Below are positions 9,839-18,785 of a stretch of 64,000 nucleotides of DNA, one piece after another. This stretch comes from an uncultured Gammaproteobacteria bacterium (GTDB lineage: Bacteria; Patescibacteriota; Patescibacteriia; Magasanikbacterales; UBA922). Position 1 is the first letter of the stretch. Every line of letters starts with the position of its first letter. Below the pieces are notes generated by a model. It made no database searches. It worked only from the letters and a program-made list of their open reading frames with translations, and was not told where the DNA came from. The stretch is taken from NCBI GenBank assembly GCA_964597575.1, contig CAZQXB010000001.1:64964-128963 (forward strand), read 5' to 3'. The translations under genes were made by a program, and so were the position numbers.

Positions 9839-11096
9839 TCTCAAACACCTCTCCACCATTCAGAGCACCCACGGTCTTTCTCCACTCGACCTCTTACCGA
9901 AAACCGAGGATATTCTTCGAGACACCGCATCGCTTCAAAAAAAGGAGCAGGGATTTATTGATATTCTCGATGACGAAAAAACCATCCGCTCTATTCAAAA
10001 ATTTGCCTCCGGAGTTAAAAATAAATATAGTCACATTGTAATTCTTGGAATTGGCGGCTCGGCTTTAGGGGCTACTGCTTTACACGACGCCTTAAAATTG
10101 AAAGTCAAAAAACAACCCAAACTTGTCGTCCTCGATAACATTGATCCGGCCATGATCGCGGAGGCAGAAAAGGAACTCCCTCTGAAAAAAACGCTTTTTC
10201 TTGTTATTACTAAATCGGGCACGACTCCAGAAACACTTGCGCAGTACTTCTTCTTTCAAAAGAAACTTGCAGCCGCAAAGCTCCCTTTAGTAAAACACAT
10301 CGTGGTTATTACCGATGAGCATGCGGGTTTCATGAGAGAAGAAGTGCAACGGCTCAAATTACCTTCTTTTTCAATTCCACAAAATGTCGGAGGGCGCTTC
10401 TCTCTATTTACCGCGGTCGGGCTTTTGCCTGCGGCCCTTCTTCAATACAACATTAAAGAATTAATTCACGGGGCCAAAACCATGCGTAAGTTGTTCTTAT
10501 CCCCGAACCCACTCCAAAACTTGCCGTATCAATTTGCCCATCTTCAAGCCGCGCTGTATAAGAAACAAAAAAATATTCACGTGCTCATGGTGTACAGCCA
10601 ACAACTTCTTCGCCTTGGCGATTGGTACCGACAACTTTTGGGCGAAAGCATTGGAAAAAAATCACAACAGAACAAAGAGTCCGTTGGCCTTACCCCACTT
10701 ACGGCTCTTGGGGTTACTGATCAGCACTCACAAATCCAACTCTTTAACGACGGGCCAAACGATAAGATATTCACAATTTTGCACACAGAAAAATCATTGG
10801 TTGATCAAAAAATTCCTGTAGTATCAAAACATGAGCATGTTCAATTTTTGCGTGGAGCAAGTTTTGCTTCTCTCTTTAATGCAGAGCGGAAAGCCACAAC
10901 AGACGCTCTCGTAGAAAATGATCGCCCAGTTATTTCGTTAGGAATCGATTACATCTCACCGTTTAGCTTTGGTGAACTCATCTTCTTTTTTGAAACGTCT
11001 GTCGCCTACCTTGGTGAACTTCTCGGGGTAAATGCATTTGATCAGCCAGGAGTTGAGCGCGGCAAGGTACTTACAAAAAAATACCTGAAGAATTGA
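9825..11096 (+). CDS. pgi: glucose-6-phosphate isomerase (short SIS-type PGI)
   Basis: ILGIGGSALGATAL phosphosugar-binding motif and PGI collinearity. Start moved to ATG 9825 because the longer ORF overlaps the DUF1294 gene. Confidence 0.88.
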   Translation: MISLNLKHLSTIQSTHGLSPLDLLPKTEDILRDTASLQKKEQGFIDILDDEKTIRSIQKFASGVKNKYSHIVILGIGGSALGATALHDALKLKVKKQPKLVVLDNIDPAMIAEAEKELPLKKTLFLVITKSGTTPETLAQYFFFQKKLAAAKLPLVKHIVVITDEHAGFMREEVQRLKLPSFSIPQNVGGRFSLFTAVGLLPAALLQYNIKELIHGAKTMRKLFLSPNPLQNLPYQFAHLQAALYKKQKNIHVLMVYSQQLLRLGDWYRQLLGESIGKKSQQNKESVGLTPLTALGVTDQHSQIQLFNDGPNDKIFTILHTEKSLVDQKIPVVSKHEHVQFLRGASFASLFNAERKATTDALVENDRPVISLGIDYISPFSFGELIFFFETSVAYLGELLGVNAFDQPGVERGKVLTKKYLKN

Positions 11097-11149
11097 AAAA
11101 GCCAGCCCCTCCTTCAAACGAAGGAAAGTCTGGCTTGAGGGAAGAGGCA

Positions 11150-11665
11150 TCACGCTTTCTTCTTTGCAGGGTTGTCTTCCGCATACCTTGCCACCACCCG
11201 GATCCCACCATCCCGGTCAGCACGAAGAGGAAGGCTCCCCACAGGCTGCTCCACAGTCTGACCATCATCCAAAGCAAAGAGTTCAGGTGTCGCGCCTGGT
11301 GGTAGACGTTCTGGCACGAGCCGACTACTCGTCAGAGGTGACCTTGACCCAACAGCCATTGACGGCTTCGGCTTAGGTGACGGGGAAGGCCTCGGCGGGG
11401 AAGGCACCGAATCTTCCTCACCCCGCAAATTTGTGCGTACAGGCGGGGGGCGCGGTGGAAATATTGACGCAGCAGATACAGGACTAGGTGGCGGAGAAAC
11501 CGCCGGCGCCACGTCTGGCTTCTTTCTCTCAGCGAGGAGGCTACTGATCTTGCCCACCTTCCTCCACAAGACTAGGGTCGCCGCAGCGAGCAAAAACGTG
11601 GCTACGACCAGGAACCACAGGACCTGTATGTGCACTTCGTGTATGTGCACTGTAGTACAACTCAT
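11150..11665 (-). CDS. hypothetical N-terminally anchored Pro/Ser/Ala-rich protein
   Basis: Single N-terminal TM (VLWFLVVATFLLAAATLVLW), then a PSPVS/PPRPSPSPKPKP low-complexity linker and an acidic C-terminal segment. The locally high GC is explained by amino-acid composition. Confidence 0.5.
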   Translation of the reverse strand: MSCTTVHIHEVHIQVLWFLVVATFLLAAATLVLWRKVGKISSLLAERKKPDVAPAVSPPPSPVSAASIFPPRPPPVRTNLRGEEDSVPSPPRPSPSPKPKPSMAVGSRSPLTSSRLVPERLPPGATPELFALDDGQTVEQPVGSLPLRADRDGGIRVVARYAEDNPAKKKA

Positions 11666-11782
11666 GAGTACCCCTCTTTCTTCTTTTACGCTATCACATA
11701 CTGAGCCATCTTACAAGCCCTGTCGCCTGTATTTCTTCTTCGTGGAAATCGAGGTATACTAAAGGTACTTTTCCCATTTTTT

Positions 11783-13687
11783 GTGTTTTTCTCTCGATTA
11801 TCTGCGCGTGATCGCGCTACGATTGTAGCACTCGCAAAAGCGTGCCGACAAAGCATCGTCACCATGACAACGAACGCCCGAAGTGGACACACTGGCGGTT
11901 CTTTAGGGTGCATTGATATCCTCGCCACCCTCTACGCAAAAGTAGTTAGTCAAACCAATGATCCGGTTGTTGTTTCGAATGGCCATGTATCCCCTGCGGT
12001 ATACGCGCTTTTAGCAGAACTTGGCGCTATTTCTAAAAACGATCTTCTTCAAAACTTTCGGCAGCATAATTCTATTTACGAAGGCCATGTCAGTCGGCAC
12101 GTTCCCGGGGTTTGGTATTCAACAGGCCCCCTTGGCACTGGTGTTTCGGCTGCCACAGGATTTGCACTCGCAAAAAAACTCCGCAATGAGCCAGGTCATG
12201 TATTTGCACTCCTCGGCGATGGCGAAGCCAACGAGGGCCAAGTATACGAAATGATGCATGTAGCAAAAAAATACGAACTCGATAACCTCACTATTCTTCT
12301 CGACCGAAACGGGGTACAGCTCTCGGGCGGAACAGAACGTATTCTTCCGGTCCAAATAGAATCCCACTTTGCGGCTGCAGAGTGGCGTGTGCTCTATGCC
12401 GATGGGCATAGCCCGAAAGATATATGGCACGCACTTTCGGCACCAAAAAGACCTGGCTTCCCTACCCTTATTTCATGTGCCACCGTTATGGGCAAAGGTG
12501 TGAGCTTTATGGAAAAAGAAGGCCGACTTTTCCATGCCACATGGCACGGTAAGGCACTCTCAGTTGAGGAAGCCAAACAAGCGCTTCAAGAATTGTCACT
12601 TACCCCGGCCGAAGCGAGCAGCCTTGATGCGTGGAAAAAAACACAACACTTCTCACCACCTGCTCCTACGTTCAAAAAAGTACTGGAACCGACTGCCATT
12701 GAGCCCGGTGCTCCACGCGTCTATGGTCCAGAAACTACTACTGACTGTCGTACAGCGTACGGAGTAGCCTTACTTGATTTGGCGACCAAAAATAGCCAGG
12801 TAGTTGCGCTGACCGCAGACCTTGCTGACTCTGTTAAAACTTCTTTTGTAGAAAAGCAACTCCCAAAACAGCACATTGACTGTGGAGTAGCCGAGCAGCA
12901 TATGGTTTCCATGGCCGGAGGGCTTTCCCTGTCTGGCTTTACTCCTTTTGTTTCAACATTTGGGGTATTTATGACGAGTCGAGCCAAAGACCAAGCTCGG
13001 GTAAACGATATTAATGGCACAAACGTAAAGATGGTTGCGACACATTGCGGGTTATCGGTTGGAGAAGATGGCACTACCCACCAGGCTATAGATGACATGG
13101 GTTCAATGCTCGGTTTATTAAATACACTCGTCATGGAACCGGTCGACCCAAACCATACCGATAGAATTATTCGCTATGCGGCGAACCATTACGGCAACAT
13201 GTATATCCGTATGGGTCGGCAAAAAATTCCTATCATTACCAAAGAAGATGGCATGCCTTTTTATGGTGCAGATTACGAATACACCTACGGAAGATGCGAC
13301 CTCATTCGTGAAGGTGCAGACCTTACGGTAGTAGCTTCTGGACCTATGGTTTTAGCAGCACTTACAGCGATAAACACTATAAAGAAGATGCTTCCAGAAA
13401 AATCGATTGCCCTTGTGGCGGTCAGTTCCATTAAGCAATTCGACGACACTCTTGTTCAAACCCTTCGAAAAAGTGAAAAAATCATTACTGTTGAAGATCA
13501 TAATACCCATTCTGGCCTTGGAAGTGCGGTTGGGAACATTATTGCCGATCTTGGCCTTACTCCAAAAAAGTTTGTAAAACTGGGGGTCGATACCTACATG
13601 CGCTCAGCAACAGCTGAGGAATTATATGAACTCGCCGGGCTTTCCCCGAAACAATTGGCAAATCGTTTCCATGAGCTCCTCTCTTGA
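11783..13687 (+). CDS. tkt: transketolase
   Basis: GHxGGxLG thiamine-diphosphate motif (GHTGGSLG), full-length collinearity covering the N-terminal, pyrimidine-binding and C-terminal domains. Confidence 0.9.
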   Translation: MFFSRLSARDRATIVALAKACRQSIVTMTTNARSGHTGGSLGCIDILATLYAKVVSQTNDPVVVSNGHVSPAVYALLAELGAISKNDLLQNFRQHNSIYEGHVSRHVPGVWYSTGPLGTGVSAATGFALAKKLRNEPGHVFALLGDGEANEGQVYEMMHVAKKYELDNLTILLDRNGVQLSGGTERILPVQIESHFAAAEWRVLYADGHSPKDIWHALSAPKRPGFPTLISCATVMGKGVSFMEKEGRLFHATWHGKALSVEEAKQALQELSLTPAEASSLDAWKKTQHFSPPAPTFKKVLEPTAIEPGAPRVYGPETTTDCRTAYGVALLDLATKNSQVVALTADLADSVKTSFVEKQLPKQHIDCGVAEQHMVSMAGGLSLSGFTPFVSTFGVFMTSRAKDQARVNDINGTNVKMVATHCGLSVGEDGTTHQAIDDMGSMLGLLNTLVMEPVDPNHTDRIIRYAANHYGNMYIRMGRQKIPIITKEDGMPFYGADYEYTYGRCDLIREGADLTVVASGPMVLAALTAINTIKKMLPEKSIALVAVSSIKQFDDTLVQTLRKSEKIITVEDHNTHSGLGSAVGNIIADLGLTPKKFVKLGVDTYMRSATAEELYELAGLSPKQLANRFHELLS

Positions 13688-13732
13688 TTTTCCCTGGAGT
13701 TTTTGATATATTCTTCCCACCACAATTGATAT

Positions 13733-13815
13733 GCCGCGGTGATGAAATGGTATACATGAGGGACTTAAAATCCCTTGACCGCAAGGTCGTGCGGGTTCGA
13801 GTCCCGCCCGCGGCA
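13733..13815 (+). tRNA. tRNA-Leu (anticodon TAA)
   Basis: Acceptor GCCGCGG/CCGCGGC+A. Anticodon loop CTTAAAA. Long variable arm TGACCGCAAGGTCGT. T-arm GGGTTCGAGTCCC. CCA not encoded. Confidence 0.85.
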
Positions 13816-13821
13816 CAAATA

Positions 13822-13856
13822 AAATAAACATCCGTACGGATGTTTATTTTATTTTG
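13822..13856 (+). terminator. rho-independent terminator after tRNA-Leu
   Basis: Hairpin AAACATCCG-tac-CGGATGTTT followed by TATTTTATTTT. Confidence 0.6.
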
Positions 13857-13867
13857 TACTGCCTAAA

Positions 13868-14001
13868 GGGACTCGAACCGAAAGGGTTTGGGAAAACTGT
13901 TTGGCGGTTTTCCCACCTCGTGCAGGGGGATGGTTGGGAAGGGGTGGAAACCTCTTCCCAAGAGGAGTGGGGCGACGAGTGAGATGTCCCCGCCCGCGGC
14001 A
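13868..14001 (+). repeat. tRNA-trailer structured element E1: inverted T-arm copy, two hairpins, direct copy of the tRNA-Leu 3' end
   Basis: Starts GGGACTCGAACC, the reverse complement of the tRNA-Leu T-arm GGTTCGAGTCCC. Ends GTCCCCGCCCGCGGCA, a copy of the tRNA 3' end. Internal hairpins GGGAAAAC..GTTTTCCC and GGAAGGGG-tggaaa-CCTCTTCC (with a G.U). Followed by its own terminator at 14004-14044. Confidence 0.5.
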
Positions 14002-14098
14002 CGAATAAAAATAACTCCTACATGTAGGGGTTATTTTTATTCGTGCAGAATGTGGGACGAAGTTAGAGTTTTCATTTTAGAATTAGACTAGCAGTCTA

Positions 14099-14866
14099 CT
14101 AAATTCTTCTTGCTAAGTACCCCTTCATTAAATTCATTATACCGATATTTATTGATTCTATCGTTTTTTGAAAAGCTTTGTGGTATTCCTCAGGGTTAGT
14201 TTTTCCAGCTATATAGTTTTTATGGAAACCCGCGATTGCTGCGTCACAATAGAAATATCTAGTATCTACCATGCGATCCCCCCTTGAGTAAAATGCGCTT
14301 TTGTTCGCTTCACCTTCATCTTGTCTAGAAAAGAAATGATTGGCAAAACCATTACGTAGTTGGCCCCCTGAATTGTAGTAATGGAAGGAGCCGTTGTTTC
14401 TGATATCTTCAAGTATTCTGATGAAAACAGCGCCTGTTTGAGTAAGATTTTTTTTGTTTGCAACATCTATCAGCTGGTCCCAAATTTTTTTACTATCAGC
14501 ATTTAGCCTACTAAGAAGCCCATTAAACTCTGAGGACTCTATAACTCTACTTTGTTTTTTAATCAATATAAAAATTTCATAAACTGTAGAAGTGATCAAT
14601 CTCTCTAAGTGATTTTTCATACCACCAGATTCTCCCGCATCACAGCTAATGTCGGTTATATTTTTGTCTTTAAAGTATTTTTTGTATTGAATAAGATAAA
14701 AAAGCAAGCTTTTAAGATCATTGTATGCTAAGCCTAAAATAAGAAAAAAGGTATCAAAATCGTTCTTTCTTTCGGGCTTGATAATTTTTTTTGGATCAAA
14801 TTTTCTTATGTGTCCAGAAAAACCTTCTGTTCGCATACAATCTAGTTTAGAGTATTTAAAAAACAC
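14099..14866 (-). CDS. hypothetical protein (255 aa) in AT-rich island; possible HEPN-like Rx5H motif
   Basis: Long ORF in about 33% GC DNA. C-terminal region contains RNGFANH (Rx4-6H). No confident homology recognised. Confidence 0.55.
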   Translation of the reverse strand: MFFKYSKLDCMRTEGFSGHIRKFDPKKIIKPERKNDFDTFFLILGLAYNDLKSLLFYLIQYKKYFKDKNITDISCDAGESGGMKNHLERLITSTVYEIFILIKKQSRVIESSEFNGLLSRLNADSKKIWDQLIDVANKKNLTQTGAVFIRILEDIRNNGSFHYYNSGGQLRNGFANHFFSRQDEGEANKSAFYSRGDRMVDTRYFYCDAAIAGFHKNYIAGKTNPEEYHKAFQKTIESINIGIMNLMKGYLARRI

Positions 14867-15137
14867 ACGGTGAAAATGCTATCTGAAAAGCACTGTTTGA
14901 CCATTATGTATAGAGCTGTGTGTTATTGATAAGGTGATCATTTTTGGCTAATGTGTATCAAACTAAAATGTGGACAACTTTGACCAATAAGAGAGATTAA
15001 TGATTAAATTTATCTATACTTAGCAAAAAATTAAATTTGTCGATCTCCCCAGCGAGGTATTTTTTTCTGTGAGATACTACTATTGTACAAAAGTTACATC
15101 CTTTTGTCTGTAAAATTTACAGGGTTGATATAAAACT

Positions 15138-16340
15138 ATGAAAGTATTCTTATTAGGGGCTATTTTGGATAATGTCTGCTTTGAGAAAGCCGCACAAGTG
15201 ATAGATGGTCTTATCTATAATGATCTTACAAAAAAGGCAAGCATCGAGGCAGGTCTAGCTGACAGTGATTTTTTGATTGCTGACATTGGAAATATAAATA
15301 ATGTGCCACTTGCGCAAACTCTCAATGATAGTTGCCACCATATTGGACAGAGAATTGAGGGCGGTGGGGTCTTACTGTGTTTTTCTGGTAGGGAATTTAA
15401 TGACGGGCTGAATTATACTTGGCTTAAAAATATTGGCTTGAATCTTCTACCTGAAAACCTTCAGGCCAACGATATCCTTTTTAAGGGTAATTACCCATTT
15501 ATTACAGATTTTACACGGTATGTAAAACTTTTTTTTCATTCCGTGATTTTTCGCAATCAGTTTCAACTGCCCGCATATTGTAGTCAGATAGCATTAAATA
15601 AGAGTGGTAACTGCGCTGGGGTTTATTGGAAGCTAGGGAAGGGTCACATTTTTATTGTTCCCGACTGTCGTGATAAAAATTATTTTACAAAATTTTTTAT
15701 AGATACAATAATTCCAAAAATAGAAACCATTTTTGTTGTTGATGGCGGTAGTAAGGAGATGGTACCTAAAGAGATAAGTGGTTTAAAGGTCAAAGGTCAA
15801 TCAGACCTTGAAGTGCAGATTGAATCTCAAAAGTTAAAGATTGAAGAGGAGCAAAAAAAGCTTGTTATCTTGGAGAAACAGTTTGAAGAATTAGACGAGT
15901 GGAAACAGCTTTTATGGCAAACTGGAACACCGCTGGAAAACATTGTTAAAAAATTTTTTGAAGCTTTTGCGGGTCTTACTTTGGAAAAAAAGGAAACCGA
16001 TTTAGTGGGTGAATATAATGGAAAAGAACTTTTTATTGAAGTGAAAGGGAATGTTGGATGCATAAATCACAAAAGCGATTTTAGGCAAATAGAAGAGCGA
16101 AAAAATTACGATGCCAAAGATCCTCAAAATACCATTGCTTTGCTTGTGGGCAACCCTTTTCGTCTTCATCCTTTGGAAAAACGTCCGCCAGAAGCCGAGC
16201 ACCTTTTTGCCCATACATCTATTCCTATTGCAGAAAGGCTTGGTATCGGTCTAATTTGGACAAAAGAGCTTTTTGATATAGTTAATGATTTGCTTTTAAG
16301 TTCAGACCCTGATCAAAAAAACTTATTATTGACAAACTGA
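15138..16340 (+). CDS. hypothetical protein (400 aa): flavodoxin-like N-domain, central coiled coil, C-terminal PD-(D/E)xK-like motif
   Basis: beta-alpha-beta pattern (KVFLLG..DFLIAD..GGGVLLCF), heptad-rich segment LEVQIESQKLKIEEEQKKLVILEKQFEELDEW, then TDLVGEYNGKELFIEVKG (D...ExK). Confidence 0.55.
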   Translation: MKVFLLGAILDNVCFEKAAQVIDGLIYNDLTKKASIEAGLADSDFLIADIGNINNVPLAQTLNDSCHHIGQRIEGGGVLLCFSGREFNDGLNYTWLKNIGLNLLPENLQANDILFKGNYPFITDFTRYVKLFFHSVIFRNQFQLPAYCSQIALNKSGNCAGVYWKLGKGHIFIVPDCRDKNYFTKFFIDTIIPKIETIFVVDGGSKEMVPKEISGLKVKGQSDLEVQIESQKLKIEEEQKKLVILEKQFEELDEWKQLLWQTGTPLENIVKKFFEAFAGLTLEKKETDLVGEYNGKELFIEVKGNVGCINHKSDFRQIEERKNYDAKDPQNTIALLVGNPFRLHPLEKRPPEAEHLFAHTSIPIAERLGIGLIWTKELFDIVNDLLLSSDPDQKNLLLTN

Positions 16341-16406
16341 TCAATTTTGCCGGTGTTTTTAAGTATAAAAAGTAATTTTAATTTAAATACTAACCTCGCT
16401 TTGTAT

Positions 16407-16691
16407 ATGTCTAAGCTCTCTAAACCCAGTGTTGTTCTTGGTCAGTGGATAGATGTCGGTAACGATCCTGCGATTGAGGCAGTTGTTTCTCGTATTAATA
16501 AATTTAGTGTATTTGGAGATATAGAAATTGTCTTTATGAGTGGAGGCAAACCAGTTAATATAGATATTTTTTGGATAAATGATTGTTGGAGTTTGGAAAA
16601 GTCTGGTGCTGGTGGCTATGCAGAAGACTACCCTCGGCTAAATGAATTTGTAATGATTCTGAAAGAACATAGAAGGTACAGTGTCTCCTAG
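16407..16691 (+). CDS. hypothetical small protein (about 94 aa)
   Basis: The ORF-track start at 16347 is a TTG; the first ATG is at 16407. No recognisable motifs. Confidence 0.35.
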   Translation: MSKLSKPSVVLGQWIDVGNDPAIEAVVSRINKFSVFGDIEIVFMSGGKPVNIDIFWINDCWSLEKSGAGGYAEDYPRLNEFVMILKEHRRYSVS

Positions 16692-16973
16692 ATAAATTAT
16701 TAATTTAATTTTGTTTTTCGCATATTTAATCAACCGGAACCCATCAATCAGCTCAATAAGCCTATCTTCACAAAATAACCTGCCTCAAGAGGGAAATTGT
16801 TTGTTGTAACGGAGCATCCTTTTCGATTTGATAGTTCATTCGCGGCTGCTTCACAAAAATTTGCGTAATTCCAGCGTAAATTTTTATCGCTCATACCCGG
16901 CCGTTAAGCGGGGTTTGGGTCATATAAATTGTTGGTATGACCGTGTCATACTTTTTGCATGATCGGTAGCGCC

Positions 16974-17002
16974 TTGACTTTTTTAACGAAAAACACTATA
17001 CT
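16974..17002 (+). promoter_or_regulatory. promoter TTGACT-N17-TATACT
   Basis: Perfect -35 and -10 with 17-nt spacer. Followed by a roughly 80-nt leader with mutually exclusive stems (CGTCGTCGAA/TTCGACGAG and CGACGA/TCGTCG) before the RBS at 17071. Confidence 0.45.
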
Positions 17003-17084
17003 TGAACGTCGTCGAAAATCCATAATTCGACGAGCTCTGCGACGAAAGGGTCGTCGTGATCTAGCATCCTGAGGAGGAGTTGTA

Positions 17085-17348
17085 ATGGTGTTCGTAGAAT
17101 TCTTCTGCCCAATACCCATTTATAAGGGGGGCGATAAACGCTATTTCGTTGGTCAGAGCATCGAGGCCGTGCTCGCCGACACCAGGGGAGGGACCGAGTT
17201 TGCCTTCGAGACTTTTTCCTCTCACCGGGTGATCACGGAGGAGGAAGCACGCTCTCTCGGTTTGGGATTCCTGGACGAGGGAATCGCTGCCGTGCAAAAA
17301 AGAGGGTGCAAAAGCTACGCGCTCAAATGCGCACCCACCGGAGACTAG
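17085..17348 (+). CDS. hypothetical small protein (87 aa)
   Basis: Strong RBS GAGGAGGAG 6 nt upstream of the ATG. The overlapping minus-strand ORF 17061-17435 has no RBS or promoter support. Confidence 0.5.
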   Translation: MVFVEFFCPIPIYKGGDKRYFVGQSIEAVLADTRGGTEFAFETFSSHRVITEEEARSLGLGFLDEGIAAVQKRGCKSYALKCAPTGD

Positions 17349-17498
17349 TTCCAGCTCAACGATCCACGAGCGCCTGGCGAATATTTCGCTGGGCGCTTCT
17401 CTGTTTTTATATGAATCCTGACGATACTCTGACAAAATTTACCCCCTTGACGCACTCTTCCGACCGACGTACAGTAAAATATACTCATTATTTTTCGT

Positions 17499-18740
17499 AT
17501 GTCTCAAAATCCATTTCAAAATGCTCGCGAACAACTTCGGCGCGCTGGGGAACTCATTAGTTTAAAAGATGAAGTGCGAAGTGTTCTTGAACACCCGAAG
17601 CGTATTATCGAAGTATCCATCCCCCTTCGAATGGACGATGGATCCGTAAAAATGTTTACCGGTTTTAGAAGCCAACACAATGATGCCTTGGGGCCATTCA
17701 AGGGTGGAATTCGCTTCCATCCGGGTGTTACGATTGATGAAGTGAAAGCACTTTCACTTTGGATGACCATGAAGTGTGCTGTGGTAGGCCTCCCACTCGG
17801 TGGCGGCAAAGGCGGCATTATCGTTGACCCAAAAACTCTTTCTGAAGCGGAGTTGGAAAGACTTTCTCGCGGCTACATTCGTGCACTCTATAAGTATCTT
17901 GGCCCCACACAAGATGTACCGGCGCCAGATGTGTACACGAACCCACAAATCATGGCTTGGATGCTTGATGAATACGAAAGCCTCGTTGGGCAAAAGGCGC
18001 CTGGAATGATTACCGGAAAACCCATTGCCCTTGGCGGCTCTTTGGGCCGCGGTACGGCCACGGCTCAGGGCGGCGTATTCGTTCTGCGGGAACTTATTAA
18101 AGAACTTGGTAAAAAACCAAATGAGCTTACGGTTGCAATTCAAGGGTTCGGAAATGCTGGAAGCATTGTGGCCAACCTCCTTCAGAAAGATGGGTACCGT
18201 ATTGTCGCAGTAAGTGATTCTCGAGGAGGAATTTACAATAAAGACGGGCTTAGTATTAGCGCAATCGAGGCACATAAAGAAAAAACCGAAAGTGTGGTCG
18301 CGTTTCCGGATAGTGAAACCATAACGAACGACCAACTTTTGGAACTTCCGGTTGATATTCTTATTCCCGCTGCACTTGAAAACGTAATTACCGCGGAAAA
18401 TGCACCTCGGATACAGGCGAAAATTATTCTTGAGCTCGCGAACGGCCCAGTAACCCCTGAAGCCGATGACATTCTTTTCCAAAAGGGTGTTCAGGATGTT
18501 CCGGACATATTGGCAAACGCCGGTGGGGTTACGGTCAGCTACTTCGAGCAAGTGCAAAATGCCTCAAACTACGCCTGGACCGAAGAAGAGGTTGCCAAAA
18601 AACTGGAAGCAAAGATGAAACAGGCGTTTGCCGATGTATGGAATGCTTCGAAAACCCTTAAAACCCCTCTTCGCCAAGGTGCTTATGCGGTTGCTTTGAA
18701 ACGGCTTGCTGAGGCAATTGAATTGCGAGGAAAACAATAA
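17499..18740 (+). CDS. gdhA: Glu/Leu/Phe/Val-family glutamate dehydrogenase
   Basis: [40 protein letters not shown] active-site region and a C-terminal Rossmann dinucleotide-binding domain. Confidence 0.92.
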   Translation: MSQNPFQNAREQLRRAGELISLKDEVRSVLEHPKRIIEVSIPLRMDDGSVKMFTGFRSQHNDALGPFKGGIRFHPGVTIDEVKALSLWMTMKCAVVGLPLGGGKGGIIVDPKTLSEAELERLSRGYIRALYKYLGPTQDVPAPDVYTNPQIMAWMLDEYESLVGQKAPGMITGKPIALGGSLGRGTATAQGGVFVLRELIKELGKKPNELTVAIQGFGNAGSIVANLLQKDGYRIVAVSDSRGGIYNKDGLSISAIEAHKEKTESVVAFPDSETITNDQLLELPVDILIPAALENVITAENAPRIQAKIILELANGPVTPEADDILFQKGVQDVPDILANAGGVTVSYFEQVQNASNYAWTEEEVAKKLEAKMKQAFADVWNASKTLKTPLRQGAYAVALKRLAEAIELRGKQ

Positions 18741-18751
18741 ATACCCTAAAT

Positions 18752-18785
18752 AAAAAGATCCAGCGAAGTGCCGGATCTTTTTATT
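18752..18785. terminator. bidirectional terminator between convergent gdh and AI-2E transporter genes
   Basis: Hairpin AGATCCAGCG-aag-TGCCGGATCT flanked by A-run and T-run. Confidence 0.5.

Noticed and set aside
11093-11762. Plus-strand ORFs (11093-11305, 11164-11376, 11433-11762) and the idea that GC-rich patches (11.1-11.7, 33.8-34.1, 37.7-39.2 kb) are foreign DNA
   Set aside because: The plus ORFs are shadows of the Pro-rich minus gene. Local high GC is accounted for by Pro/Arg/Gly/Ala/Cys-rich protein composition rather than a different base composition overall.
13622-13831. ORFs overlapping tRNA genes and trailer elements (13622-13831, 13888-14091, 41140-41358, 41403-41726, 58255-58620, 58387-58599, 58744-58980)
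   Set aside because: Translations contain the classic tRNA-antisense peptides (AGLEPAR, GLEPTTS, RIELAT), and the loci fold as tRNAs or structured repeats. No RBS.
13868-14001. Interpretation of the trailer elements as minus-strand tRNA genes or split/permuted tRNAs
   Set aside because: The reverse complement ends in a T-arm-like GGGTTCAAGTCC but lacks a matching acceptor 5'/3' pair. No 5' acceptor strand or anticodon arm can be drawn on either strand.
17061-17435. 124-aa minus-strand ORF overlapping the 87-aa plus-strand gene
   Set aside because: The plus-strand ORF has a perfect RBS and the upstream consensus promoter. The minus ORF has neither.
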